Source: Rubricoccaceae bacterium
GTDB lineage: Bacteria > Bacteroidota > Rhodothermia > Rhodothermales > Rubricoccaceae
Direction: 5' to 3'
Length of the DNA: 64,000 bases
Assembly (NCBI GenBank): GCA_041748175.1
Contig: JBGTDU010000152.1
Coordinates: 1,465 to 65,464 of the forward strand
Part shown: positions 27,050-36,195 of the stretch, one piece after another
How the letters are laid out: each line of letters opens with the position of its first letter
How positions within the stretch are numbered: position 1 is the stretch's first letter
Made by a program: the position numbers and the translations under genes
The notes under the pieces: model-generated
The model's database searches: none
Told to the model about the DNA's origin: nothing
What the model saw: only the letters and a program-made list of their open reading frames with translations

Positions 27050-29632
27050 ATGAAGAAAGAAATTATCGTCAACGCGAGCAAAGACCGCTCGCGTATCGCC
27101 ATCGTGGAGGATGGCGAACTCGTGGAACTCTACGTAGAGCATCCTGACAACGTCCGAACTCTCGGCAACATTTATCTCGCCAAGGTCCGCAAGGTGATGC
27201 CCGCCATTCGGGCTGCGTTTGTAGACATCGGCCAGAAACAGGATGCTTTCCTCCACTTTTCGGATCTGACAGACAACCTTGGCGAGCTACTGGCGCTCTC
27301 GGGAGAAAAAGTGCCGGGGCAGAAAGCCCGCGTCCTATCGCACGCTCCGCGCAAGCGCGTAGCCGACGACGAGAACGAACCGGACGTCGAGGAAACACTC
27401 GAGCTGGAGACCTCTGAAGATTCCGAAGAAAGCGCCTCGTTGCGTAGTCGGCGCTCAAGTAGCTCGCGTGGCCGGAGTCGGGGGCGTAGGGGCAACCGCG
27501 CGCGCCGCGAAGAGGAAGAGGAACAGGAAGAAGTGAGCGGGGCTGGCGGAGGATCAGCTTTCGTCATCGACCTGACGTCGAGGCCAAAGCGTGCCGACAA
27601 ACCATCTTTAATGGACCGGACGCCGAACATGGAAGGCGCGGAGCAACCGAAAGGCTCGGCATCGGAAACGGAGGAACTCACCCAGCTCGATTCGAAGTCC
27701 GAGCCAGGTAACCACCCAAGCGAGCCAAAGCTGGAGCCTCCAAGGCGCATCGGCCAGATTGATCTTACCCGCGCGGCCTCTTCAACTCCATCGACCGACG
27801 GCGAGGCACCTGGCTCAGAGCCGGGGATTCGAGGATATGACGACGACGATTCGGACGACCAGCGACCACGTAGACGTGGGCGTCGAGGCGGGCGGCGGCG
27901 CAACCGCTCGCTTGATAACGGGCCGCTCGACGAGGAAGACCAGGAGGCGTCGGATCAGGAGATCGAGGATTCAGAGCCCGATGGTCGTGAGTCTCGCGGT
28001 GAAGACGAGAATCGCAAGGAGAGCAGATTCTCGCCTTCGCGCCGCCCTCCGTCGCCGCGGCGGGAAACCACGCCAAGCCTGACCGCGGAAAGCGCAGAGG
28101 GGCGAAGTGGCGACAGCAAAAACGACGGCCTCGCGGAGGAGCCGCGGCGCGAGCGCGAGTCGGCTCGCGGAGGGCGTGGACGGCTGCACGAAAGATCGGA
28201 AGGTGAAACGGGCCGTGGGCAGAAGCATTCCGGGAGGTCTTCCACACGCAACGAGCAACGGGCGTCCGATGACACGCCCTTTGTGCGCCCGGAAGAGTTG
28301 CTGAAGCGCGATCAGCGGTTGATCGTCAAAGTCACCAAGGAGCCCATCTCCAGCAAGGGAAGCCGAGTTTCGACGGATATCTCATTCGCCGGGCGTTTTC
28401 TTGTGCTCGTCCCAGCCGCAGATTATGTTGCCGTATCGAAGAAAATCGAGTCGGGACGCGAGCGCAGGCGGCTTCGGACGCTGGCAACGAGCCTGCGCCC
28501 GGAGGGCTTTGGGATCATAGTCCGCACCGTGGCCGAAGGCCGCGACGCCAAAACGCTGGATACGGATATTCGGCTCCTGGTTGAGAAGTGGCAAAAAATC
28601 GAGAGCCAGCTCGACGCGATGCCCCAACCGCCGACGCTTCTCTACGAAGACGTCAACATGGTGTCGTCGATCATCCGCGACCTGTTCACTGAAGACTTCG
28701 ACCGCATCCTTGTAGACGACCCCAAGCTCCACCGAAACATCAAAGCCTATGTTGGTGCCGTGGCGCCGCACATGGCCGACCGCGTTAAGCTCCATCGCTC
28801 CAACGCGCCGCTCTTCAGGGCTGTTGGCATCGAGCGGGCCGTCGAGGAAGTGTTCTCCAGCCGCGTTCCGCTTCGTTCCGGTGGCTACCTCTTCATCGAA
28901 CACACCGAGGCCATGCACGTCGTGGACGTGAACTCGGGACGCGCGGGCAAGGGAAAGACGCAGGCGGAGAACCTGCTCAGCGTGAACCTTGAGGCCGCAA
29001 TTGAAGTCGCGCGGCAGATCCGTCTCCGCGATCTCGGCGGCATTATCGTCATCGACTTCATCGACATGTGGCAGGACTCCGATAAGAGGAAGGTCTTTCA
29101 AACCATCAAGCGTGAGTTCGAAAAGGACCGGGCCGTAACAAAGCTATTGCCCATGAGCGACTTTGGGCTCATCCAGATCACGCGCCAGCGGCTCCGTCCA
29201 AGCATTACCGCGACGGACAGCGACGGCTCGGACCCCGCTTCGGCAATGGCGGCGGCGGGGGCTTCCGAGATTGCCCAACCCGAACGCGACTTCGGGCCGG
29301 AGCGCCTCGATCAACCCATTACGTCGGAAGATGTCGTCCTGCGATTGGATGACTGGCTCAGGAGCTACAAGGCCAACGTTTCCGAGCGGTATCGCGATCG
29401 GCCGATTCAGGTTCGCGTCCACCCGCTGTTCAGAAACTATCTGCGAAAGGGTTTGCTGAATCAGATTCGGTCGTGGAAGTGGAGTTTGAGGGGGTTGAAG
29501 CTTGATTTCATCGAAGACACAGCCATTCATCCACTCGACTTTGACGTGCGCGACCAGAAGTCCGGGAAGTCGCTGACCTCTCGGTACAAACAGAAGGACG
29601 AGATCGAACCCCTAAGTCCGACAGACCCCTAG
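27050..29632 (+). CDS. Rne/Rng-family ribonuclease (RNase E/G) with a ~340-aa low-complexity insertion inside the S1 domain
   Basis: N-terminal MKKEIIVNASKDRSRIAIVEDGELVELYVE...GNIYLAKVRKVMPAIRAAFVDIG. After the insertion the S1 and catalytic core resume (LIVKVTKEPISSKGSRVSTDISFAGRFLVLVP, GGYLFIEHTEAMHVVDVNSG, GGIIVIDFIDM, FGLIQITRQR). Confidence 0.9.
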   Translation: MKKEIIVNASKDRSRIAIVEDGELVELYVEHPDNVRTLGNIYLAKVRKVMPAIRAAFVDIGQKQDAFLHFSDLTDNLGELLALSGEKVPGQKARVLSHAPRKRVADDENEPDVEETLELETSEDSEESASLRSRRSSSSRGRSRGRRGNRARREEEEEQEEVSGAGGGSAFVIDLTSRPKRADKPSLMDRTPNMEGAEQPKGSASETEELTQLDSKSEPGNHPSEPKLEPPRRIGQIDLTRAASSTPSTDGEAPGSEPGIRGYDDDDSDDQRPRRRGRRGGRRRNRSLDNGPLDEEDQEASDQEIEDSEPDGRESRGEDENRKESRFSPSRRPPSPRRETTPSLTAESAEGRSGDSKNDGLAEEPRRERESARGGRGRLHERSEGETGRGQKHSGRSSTRNEQRASDDTPFVRPEELLKRDQRLIVKVTKEPISSKGSRVSTDISFAGRFLVLVPAADYVAVSKKIESGRERRRLRTLATSLRPEGFGIIVRTVAEGRDAKTLDTDIRLLVEKWQKIESQLDAMPQPPTLLYEDVNMVSSIIRDLFTEDFDRILVDDPKLHRNIKAYVGAVAPHMADRVKLHRSNAPLFRAVGIERAVEEVFSSRVPLRSGGYLFIEHTEAMHVVDVNSGRAGKGKTQAENLLSVNLEAAIEVARQIRLRDLGGIIVIDFIDMWQDSDKRKVFQTIKREFEKDRAVTKLLPMSDFGLIQITRQRLRPSITATDSDGSDPASAMAAAGASEIAQPERDFGPERLDQPITSEDVVLRLDDWLRSYKANVSERYRDRPIQVRVHPLFRNYLRKGLLNQIRSWKWSLRGLKLDFIEDTAIHPLDFDVRDQKSGKSLTSRYKQKDEIEPLSPTDP

Positions 29633-29687
29633 CCATTCATACCGATCGGGCGTAACATCCGGCGACTCCCCCGGATAGCCAATCGCC

Positions 29688-29984
29688 ATGAAAGCTCCCG
29701 CGCTAGTCAAAGCGCTCGAAGAAGCCCATCAACAGTTGGGCGTCCCGGTTCGGCGTGAGCGCGGCCCTTTTCGTGGAGGTCGATGTACGGTAGACGGCGA
29801 TGATGTTATGGTGATCAACAAAATGCATCCCGCCGAAGCCCAAATGGCTGTTTTGGCCGAAAGCCTCCATACGCTGCCTCACGACCAACTCTATATTCGG
29901 CCGTCTGTCCGTACGGCGATGGAGGATTGCTGGGCAGCTCGAACCGACGATACGATCGACATAGTCGATTTCGGTGAGGAGTAG
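29688..29984 (+). CDS. Hypothetical small protein (98 aa)
   Basis: Clean ORF filling the gap between the rne-like gene and the downstream hydrolase gene, with coding-like composition. No family recognised. Confidence 0.5.
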   Translation: MKAPALVKALEEAHQQLGVPVRRERGPFRGGRCTVDGDDVMVINKMHPAEAQMAVLAESLHTLPHDQLYIRPSVRTAMEDCWAARTDDTIDIVDFGEE

Positions 29985-29986
29985 CC

Positions 29987-30808
29987 GTGCCTTCGCTACG
30001 CGCAACGCTGTTGGGAACGGGCACCTCGACAGGCGTCCCAGTCATTGGTTGTTCGTGCGCTGTTTGCATGTCGGATGATCCGCGAGATCGACGGTTGAGG
30101 TGTTCTGCCTACATCGTCGCTGAAACCGAGGAAGGCCCGATTCATCTGCTTATCGATACGGGGCCGGACTTCCGCCAGCAGGCGCTCGCCTATGGCGTTG
30201 ATCGCGTGGATGGCATCCTTTACACGCACCATCATTTCGATCACGTCGTGGGGATCGACGATCTGCGCCCCTTCTGCTTCAATCCTCGAACCGCGATTCC
30301 GTGTTTCGCCAATGCAGAAACCGCCCAATCGTTGCACCGCACGTACGGCTATATCTTCGAGGATGGCACCTATCCCGGCATCGTGAAGCTGTCACTGAAA
30401 GAAATAGTCGGGCCTTTCCGTGTGCGAAGTCGGTACGGACATGCAGGTGAGGTTCAGGTAACCCCTATCCCGGCACGGCACGGTTCAATGAACGTGCTTG
30501 GCTTTCGGATCGGGCGGTTCGCCTATCTGACCGACGTGAACAGTGTGCCAGAACAAAGCCTCGAGCTTCTGCGGGGTTTGGATGTGTTGATTCTGGATGG
30601 GTTGCGCGACAGGGCTCACGAGACGCACTTCAGCTTTCCCGAGGCCACGTCGGTCGCTCGGAGTGTCGACGCAAAGGAAACCTTCTTCATTCACATGACG
30701 CACACAGTCTCCCACGCGGCAACCGATGCGGCACTCCCCGCTCGCATCCGCCTTGCTTATGACGGGCTAACGCTCTACGTGGATGAAGACGGTGAGGCGC
30801 ACGAATGA
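29987..30808 (+). CDS. MBL-fold metallo-hydrolase, PhnP-like
   Basis: LLGTGTSTGVPVIGCSCAVC N-terminus, DTGPDFRQQ and HHHFDH motifs. GTG start. Confidence 0.82.
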   Translation: MPSLRATLLGTGTSTGVPVIGCSCAVCMSDDPRDRRLRCSAYIVAETEEGPIHLLIDTGPDFRQQALAYGVDRVDGILYTHHHFDHVVGIDDLRPFCFNPRTAIPCFANAETAQSLHRTYGYIFEDGTYPGIVKLSLKEIVGPFRVRSRYGHAGEVQVTPIPARHGSMNVLGFRIGRFAYLTDVNSVPEQSLELLRGLDVLILDGLRDRAHETHFSFPEATSVARSVDAKETFFIHMTHTVSHAATDAALPARIRLAYDGLTLYVDEDGEAHE

Positions 30809-30845
30809 CGGCTATTTTCCGGCGCGATCTCCGCCCGGAAAAACC

Positions 30846-31280
30846 TTGCGACTCCTCATACTGAACGGCCCCAACCTCAACCTTCTGGGCTCGCGCGAAA
30901 CCGGCATCTATGGATCAAAAACGCTGAAGGACATTGAAGTTGAACTGCGCGCGGCATTCCCCGATGTCGGCTTTCGCTTTCTTCAAGACAACAAGGAAGG
31001 CGTTCTCGTCGATGCCCTCCAACAAGCAGGAGCCGACGGCCTGGACGGTGTAGTCTTAAATCCTGGGGGCTACGGCCATACGAGCGTCGCCCTGCGGGAC
31101 GCCATCGCGGCGATAAAAACACCGGTCGTTGAGGTGCATATCTCCAACGTCCATGCCCGGGAGGATTTTCGGCAGCGGTTGATTCTCTCTGGCGTCTGTA
31201 AAGGCGTCATTCTAGGCCTGGGTCATAGAGGCTACCAGCTGGCAGTGCGTTCGCTCATTGAGGATGCTTTAGATGCCTGA
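30846..31280 (+). CDS. aroQ: Type II 3-dehydroquinate dehydratase
   Basis: LILNGPNLNLLGSRE..IYG, LNPGGYGHTSVALRDA and VEVHISNVHAREDFR blocks. The TTG at 30846 gives a family-typical ~144-aa protein. The tracked ATG at 30783 is an alternative that overlaps the upstream gene by 26 nt. Confidence 0.88.
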   Translation: MRLLILNGPNLNLLGSRETGIYGSKTLKDIEVELRAAFPDVGFRFLQDNKEGVLVDALQQAGADGLDGVVLNPGGYGHTSVALRDAIAAIKTPVVEVHISNVHAREDFRQRLILSGVCKGVILGLGHRGYQLAVRSLIEDALDA

Positions 31281-33009
31281 GCAAACTGAAAACAGCGGGG
31301 AGACAGGCCCCACGAGGGGAGAGCCTTCAACGGGAAGCCACGGTCGAAGTGCGGCACCACTGATCGCGCTCGGCATTCTGTCGAGCCGAATTATGGGGCT
31401 CGTCCGCGAGAAAGTCGTGGTCTTTTTCTTCGGGCTGGGTGCACACTACGACGTGTACCAGCTTGCGATGAAAGGCGCAAATCTGCTGAACAACCTTCTG
31501 GGCGAAGGAACGCTCTCGGCATCGTTCATCCCGATATACAGCCGGATGCTGGAGGAAGGGCGCGACCGGGATGCCGGACGGTTCGCGGGCGCTGTTTTCG
31601 GCCTGCTCCTGATCACGATGGCCATTCTGACGGGCGTTGGAGTACTTGCCGCGAAGTACATCGTCGCGGTCATTGCACCGGGTTTTCTCGGAGACGCCGC
31701 CCGACTCGCCTCGGGCGAGCTGCCTATCAACCGGTTCGACCTGGCCGTCCGGGCGTTTCGGATTACGCTGCCGATGGCGGCATTTCTAGCGCTCTCCGCC
31801 TGGGCGCTCGGGGTTCTCAACAGCCACCGCAAATTCTTCCTGCCCTACTTCGCGCCGACGCTGATGAACATTGCCGTGATCGCAACGCTGCTTGTTGCGG
31901 GCATGACGTTCTTCGACAACCCATTCGCGACGGGTGCCCTGGAAGTCGTTCCCGTGCCCATCCTGAACAAGCTCCTGATAGCCGCGGTGCTCGGAGCGCT
32001 CATAGGCGGGTTTCTCCAGTTCGTTGTTCAACTTCCGCTTGTCTTTCGTCTGATAAGGGGATTTCGGTTTTCGGCATCCAGGAATGTTGAGGGCGTCCGC
32101 GATGCGATCAGCGCGTTCGGGCCGGTTGTAGCTGGGCGAGGCGTCGCGCAGCTTTCCAGCTACGTGGACGTGATTCTGGCAGGATTGGCGACGGCGGGAA
32201 CGCTCGGAGCATTGCGGCCGGCCATCGTCCTTTATATGCTTCCGATCTCCCTTTTTGGGATGAGTGTGGCAGCAAGCGAACTACCCGAGCTCTCACGCAT
32301 CAGTGGCGTTCGCCTCGCCAGCTTTCTGGAACGCGTAGAGCGTTCAGTGCGGCAGATGCTCTACCTCATCATCCCAACGGTTTTGGGATACCTGGTCTTC
32401 GGGCTCCTGATAGTTGGTGGCCTGTTTGGGGGCGGCGCGTTCGACCTGGACGACACGTGGCTGGTCTATCTCATCCTCGGCGGATACACCCTGGGGCTCG
32501 GGGCAACGGCCGTTTCGCGGCTCCTTCAGAACAGTTTTTATGCGCTCAACAACACAAAAACGCCCGCAAAGATCGCCGTGCTACGTGTCGTAGTTTCGGG
32601 ATTCGTCGGAGCGGGGCTGATGTTCTGGCTCGATGGCTTTGGCATCACGGAAACGCTTTCCCTTCCTCCGACAGCTCAACGGCTAACGCTTGCCGCCGTG
32701 GGCCTAGCGGTCGGCGCCTCGTGCGGAGCATGGGTCGAACTCGCCGCGCTTCGGATCGCGTTGCGACGTAGCGTTGAAGGCTTTCGCCTTCCCGTTGGAC
32801 GCGCGCTGCAAATGATGGGGCTTGCAGTCGTCGCCGCGATCCCCGCCTTTGGTTTACGGCTGGCGCTGGCCGACGGTGGCCTCCCAGCTTTCGTTCAAGC
32901 CCTCCTCGTGTTGGTCGTGTTCGGAATTGGCTATCTGGCCCTCGGGCACTTCTTGCGCTTCGACGAGGGCGAGGCGTGGATCGGGCGGTTCTTGCGTCGG
33001 AAACAATGA
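31273..33009 (+). CDS. murJ: Lipid II flippase MurJ (MviN family)
   Basis: GILSSRIMGLVREKVVVFFFG...DVYQLAMKGANLLNNLLGEGTLSASFIPIYS is the conserved MurJ N-terminal block. About 14 TM segments. Confidence 0.9.
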   Translation: MPEQTENSGETGPTRGEPSTGSHGRSAAPLIALGILSSRIMGLVREKVVVFFFGLGAHYDVYQLAMKGANLLNNLLGEGTLSASFIPIYSRMLEEGRDRDAGRFAGAVFGLLLITMAILTGVGVLAAKYIVAVIAPGFLGDAARLASGELPINRFDLAVRAFRITLPMAAFLALSAWALGVLNSHRKFFLPYFAPTLMNIAVIATLLVAGMTFFDNPFATGALEVVPVPILNKLLIAAVLGALIGGFLQFVVQLPLVFRLIRGFRFSASRNVEGVRDAISAFGPVVAGRGVAQLSSYVDVILAGLATAGTLGALRPAIVLYMLPISLFGMSVAASELPELSRISGVRLASFLERVERSVRQMLYLIIPTVLGYLVFGLLIVGGLFGGGAFDLDDTWLVYLILGGYTLGLGATAVSRLLQNSFYALNNTKTPAKIAVLRVVVSGFVGAGLMFWLDGFGITETLSLPPTAQRLTLAAVGLAVGASCGAWVELAALRIALRRSVEGFRLPVGRALQMMGLAVVAAIPAFGLRLALADGGLPAFVQALLVLVVFGIGYLALGHFLRFDEGEAWIGRFLRRKQ

Positions 33010-33944
33010 ACCATCTTACCAATCTTTCCGAACGGGCGCGATTTATCGCGCCCCTACTTCTGCTTCTTGGCGGAATCGTGGCGGCTCAGGACCGTTCCGT
33101 CGCCATCACGTTCGACGACCTTCCGGCTTCGGGAGCTGCGAGCCTTGCGTGCAACGCGAACGCGGTGCATGATCAAACCCAAAGATTGCTAGCCCACATC
33201 ACCGAACGTCAAATCCCTGCCATCGGCTTTGTCAACGAAGGTAGGCCCTGCCCGGATGTCGTTGAAGAGGTTCTGCGCCTGTGGCTGGACGCCAGAATGG
33301 ACATTGGCAATCACACAGCTACGCATCCCGACCTCAATGATCTGACGGCTGACGCCTTTCAAGAGGATATCATCAACGGCGAACCGATCACGCGGCGACT
33401 GCTTGAAGAAAGAGGTCGGACGCTCCGCTATTTCCGATTCCCGTTTCTCCACGCAGGTGACACGTCGGACAAGAAAGAAGCCATCGAGGCCTTCCTTGCC
33501 GAGCGCGGCTACACGATTGCTCCCGTCACGATTGACAGCGACGAGTGGCTTTTTGCACGCGCGTACGCCCTTGCGCTACATAGCGGCGACGTGCCTACGT
33601 CCAGTCGGATTGAGTCGGCCTACATTGCCTGGCTAGAAGCCGTCGTCGCGCATTTCGAGACCTGGTCGGTGGACGTGCTTGGCTACGAAATTCCGCACGT
33701 ACTGCTACTGCATGCCAACCAACTCAACGCGGCCATGTTTGACGACGTCGCGGCGCTGTTCGAGCGGAGGGGCTATCGGTTCATCACTCTCGATGAAGCA
33801 CTTCAAGACCCGGCCTATTCCCAGCCCGATCCCTATGTCGGGCGCTTCGGAAACTCCTGGCTTCACCGCTGGGCGCGCGGGAAAGGGATGGAGGTTCGGT
33901 GGGAGCCCGACGCGCCGGAGTGGATCATGGCGTACGGCGACTAG
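33006..33944 (+). CDS. Polysaccharide deacetylase (NodB-homology) family protein, secreted
   Basis: ATGA overlap with the murJ stop. Signal peptide, then VAITFDDLP and DIGNHTATHPDL NodB motifs. Confidence 0.82.
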   Translation: MNHLTNLSERARFIAPLLLLLGGIVAAQDRSVAITFDDLPASGAASLACNANAVHDQTQRLLAHITERQIPAIGFVNEGRPCPDVVEEVLRLWLDARMDIGNHTATHPDLNDLTADAFQEDIINGEPITRRLLEERGRTLRYFRFPFLHAGDTSDKKEAIEAFLAERGYTIAPVTIDSDEWLFARAYALALHSGDVPTSSRIESAYIAWLEAVVAHFETWSVDVLGYEIPHVLLLHANQLNAAMFDDVAALFERRGYRFITLDEALQDPAYSQPDPYVGRFGNSWLHRWARGKGMEVRWEPDAPEWIMAYGD

Positions 33945-35107
33945 ACAACCGCAGGCTCAAGCATCCTGAGCATCCCGATCGTGGAGTCCGTAATAACCGG
34001 AATACCGATGGGTAGCGTATAGACCGGCGAAACATGGCCGATGGGTGCTCCAGTCCACGTCGGCTTGCGGAGAGACAGGAGGTGATCGCGGAGGAGCCAG
34101 GCCATACCGTCGACACCCGAATCGCCGGTACAACGTGCACATTGGCCGAAGACTATGCCCGCCGCGTCCTTGAACGAACCGGCCAGGATGAACTGCGTCA
34201 GGAGGCGATCGACGCGGTAAAGTTGTTCGCTGACTTCTTCGAAGAACACGACGTGCCCTGCAAAATCGGGCAGGTAGGGCGTGCCGATCAGCGCAGAGAC
34301 AACCGAAAGATTCCCACCGACCAAAGGACCCTCTGCAATGCCACCACGGATCGGGCGGATGGGATCGAGGCGAGTCTGCCTGTCTTCTGCTTCAACTGGA
34401 TCGAGCTGGAGGCGCTCCCCGCGCATGAGAACGTCCAGAAAAGCCTCGACCGTGCGGATGCTCCAGTTGCTCCGGCCAACGGGCCCATGGAATGTAACGA
34501 GGCCACTTCGCGCGTAGATGGCGAGGAGCAGAGCCGTAATGTCCGAATACCCGATGAGCGCCTTGGGGTTGGCGCGGATCGCCTCATAGTCGAGCAGCGG
34601 CAACATCCGCGCGCATCCCCAACCGCCGCGAAGTGCCAGGATGGCATCAACATCGGGGTCGATGAACATGTCCATGATGTCCTCGGCACGTTGCTCATCG
34701 GTGCCTGCCAGGTATCCGTGATGCGCCATCACGTGCCGCCCAGGCTTGGTCAGGAAGCCCATCCTATCCAACTGCTCTTGCGTCTCCTCCAACTGGCTTA
34801 TCCTGTCCATCCGCCCAGCCGGGGCAACCAGGCCGATCCGGGAGCCGGGTCGTAGGCGAGGTGGTCGAATCAGAGGGCGGGCCCCAGTAATCGGCCCCCC
34901 CGTCGGCCGTTCACTTTCCGGAACGCGTTGGGCGGAGACGGCGAGGGCAACAGGCGTTGCCAAAGCGCCAAGGCCGAGCGTGCGGAGGAGTTTGCGTCGC
35001 GAGAGACTCGCCACGTGGGCTTCTTCTTCAGAGAGAGGCAAAGCGTAAGAAAACGGTTCGGGGGACGTGGCCTTCCCGGAGAATCCCCCCGTCGAGGCCG
35101 TGCGCAA
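33941..35107 (-). CDS. ldcA: LD-carboxypeptidase (peptidase S66, LdcA-like) with twin-arginine signal
   Basis: LIGYSDITALLLAIY nucleophile block, and the pattern HV.FFEEV.E..YR.DR.L.Q. Tat motif SRRKLLRTLGLGALA. The GTG at 35014 (MASLSRRKLL) is a plausible shorter start. Confidence 0.82.
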   Translation of the reverse strand: MRTASTGGFSGKATSPEPFSYALPLSEEEAHVASLSRRKLLRTLGLGALATPVALAVSAQRVPESERPTGGPITGARPLIRPPRLRPGSRIGLVAPAGRMDRISQLEETQEQLDRMGFLTKPGRHVMAHHGYLAGTDEQRAEDIMDMFIDPDVDAILALRGGWGCARMLPLLDYEAIRANPKALIGYSDITALLLAIYARSGLVTFHGPVGRSNWSIRTVEAFLDVLMRGERLQLDPVEAEDRQTRLDPIRPIRGGIAEGPLVGGNLSVVSALIGTPYLPDFAGHVVFFEEVSEQLYRVDRLLTQFILAGSFKDAAGIVFGQCARCTGDSGVDGMAWLLRDHLLSLRKPTWTGAPIGHVSPVYTLPIGIPVITDSTIGMLRMLEPAVV

Positions 35108-35213
35108 ACTAATCGAAAACGCCCCCTCAAGAATGAAAGGGTCGAAACAGTGGCTGCTTTTACTGGCCAGGCGCCTGCCTTAGCTTGTTCGCACAACAAC
35201 TTGCACACTGAGG

Positions 35214-35663
35214 ATGAGCCGCATCATACACGTCGGCGATACACCGGCCAAACGCCGCAACGGGCACATCCGAAGCTGTGCGGAAGTGATCCGCCTTCTT
35301 GCCCAACATCCCAGCCTCAATTCCGGTGCCTTTGACGGTGAGGCGCGGGACATGATGGCGTTTCTGGTCTTCAGTCTGCGTGGGATCGAGGAAACCATCG
35401 AGACTAGCGCGCAGGCCTGGGACGACCGGAACTACTGGAAGAAATCGGAGAAACTCCGTGACGACTGGCGGTGGACGCGCAAAACCGCCGACCAACTGGA
35501 AGCCCTGATGTTGGACGACCGCTGGCTGGAGATTCCGGTCATTCTCATCGAACTGGTTCCGCGCTTTCACGCGGTTACGATCACAAAGATGATGCGCGAT
35601 AGCGACTGGTGGGTGGGCGCCTACAGCGCGATGGTCAAGACAGCGAGCAAGGCCCTGAATTGA
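35214..35663 (+). CDS. Hypothetical protein (149 aa)
   Basis: Clean ORF with coding-like composition. No family recognised. Confidence 0.55.
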   Translation: MSRIIHVGDTPAKRRNGHIRSCAEVIRLLAQHPSLNSGAFDGEARDMMAFLVFSLRGIEETIETSAQAWDDRNYWKKSEKLRDDWRWTRKTADQLEALMLDDRWLEIPVILIELVPRFHAVTITKMMRDSDWWVGAYSAMVKTASKALN

Positions 35664-36112
35664 ACGAACTGCAAGTATTTCCAGCGTACGCCTTCACGAC
35701 GCAGCAGCGGGACACCAAGACTTTCATTCTTGACGAGGTCCGCCGCCAATGGGTCCGTCTCACGCCGGAAGAGTGGGTTCGGCAGCATCTGCTCCGCGCA
35801 CTCTTCGATCTCGGCTACCCGCGTAGTCTGACGGCCGTCGAAAAGAGTTTCGAGTATCTCGAGCGCACGTGGCGCGCCGATGTCGCCGTATTCGACCGCC
35901 ATCATCAGCCACTTCTCCTGGCGGAGTGCAAGGCACCGCACATTCCCGTGACCGCTGCGGTTTTCGATCAGATTGCAAGGTACAATGTCGTTATCAAATC
36001 CCACTCGCTCCTTGTGACGAACGGTCATATTCTCTATTTCGGAACGGTGGAGGATGGCACGATAAAGTTTCTCGATGCCATTCCTCCATACGATTCGATT
36101 GTGATCGCGTAG
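35660..36112 (+). CDS. Type I restriction enzyme HsdR N-terminal domain-containing protein (stand-alone PD-(D/E)xK-like domain)
   Basis: VRLTPEEWVRQHLL...YPRSLTAVEKSF......RADVAVFD....PLLLAECKAP fits the stand-alone HsdR_N family common in Bacteroidota. The TTG at 35660 overlaps the upstream stop (TTGA). The tracked ATG at 35609 is the alternative. Confidence 0.75.
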   Translation: MNELQVFPAYAFTTQQRDTKTFILDEVRRQWVRLTPEEWVRQHLLRALFDLGYPRSLTAVEKSFEYLERTWRADVAVFDRHHQPLLLAECKAPHIPVTAAVFDQIARYNVVIKSHSLLVTNGHILYFGTVEDGTIKFLDAIPPYDSIVIA

Positions 36113-36195
36113 CGTTTGCTGTCCTCGCCGTTAACTCGTTTCTTGCGGCAAGCAGAAAATCAGACCCATCAATTTCACCCGCGTCGTTGCCCGAA

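Noticed and set aside
35869-36195. 109-aa N-terminal extension of the cNMP/CBS/DUF294 ORF as tracked.
   Set aside because: It overlaps the 3' part of the HsdR_N-domain gene in another frame and is Cys/Arg-rich nonsense. The family-typical N-terminus begins at the ATG at 36196.
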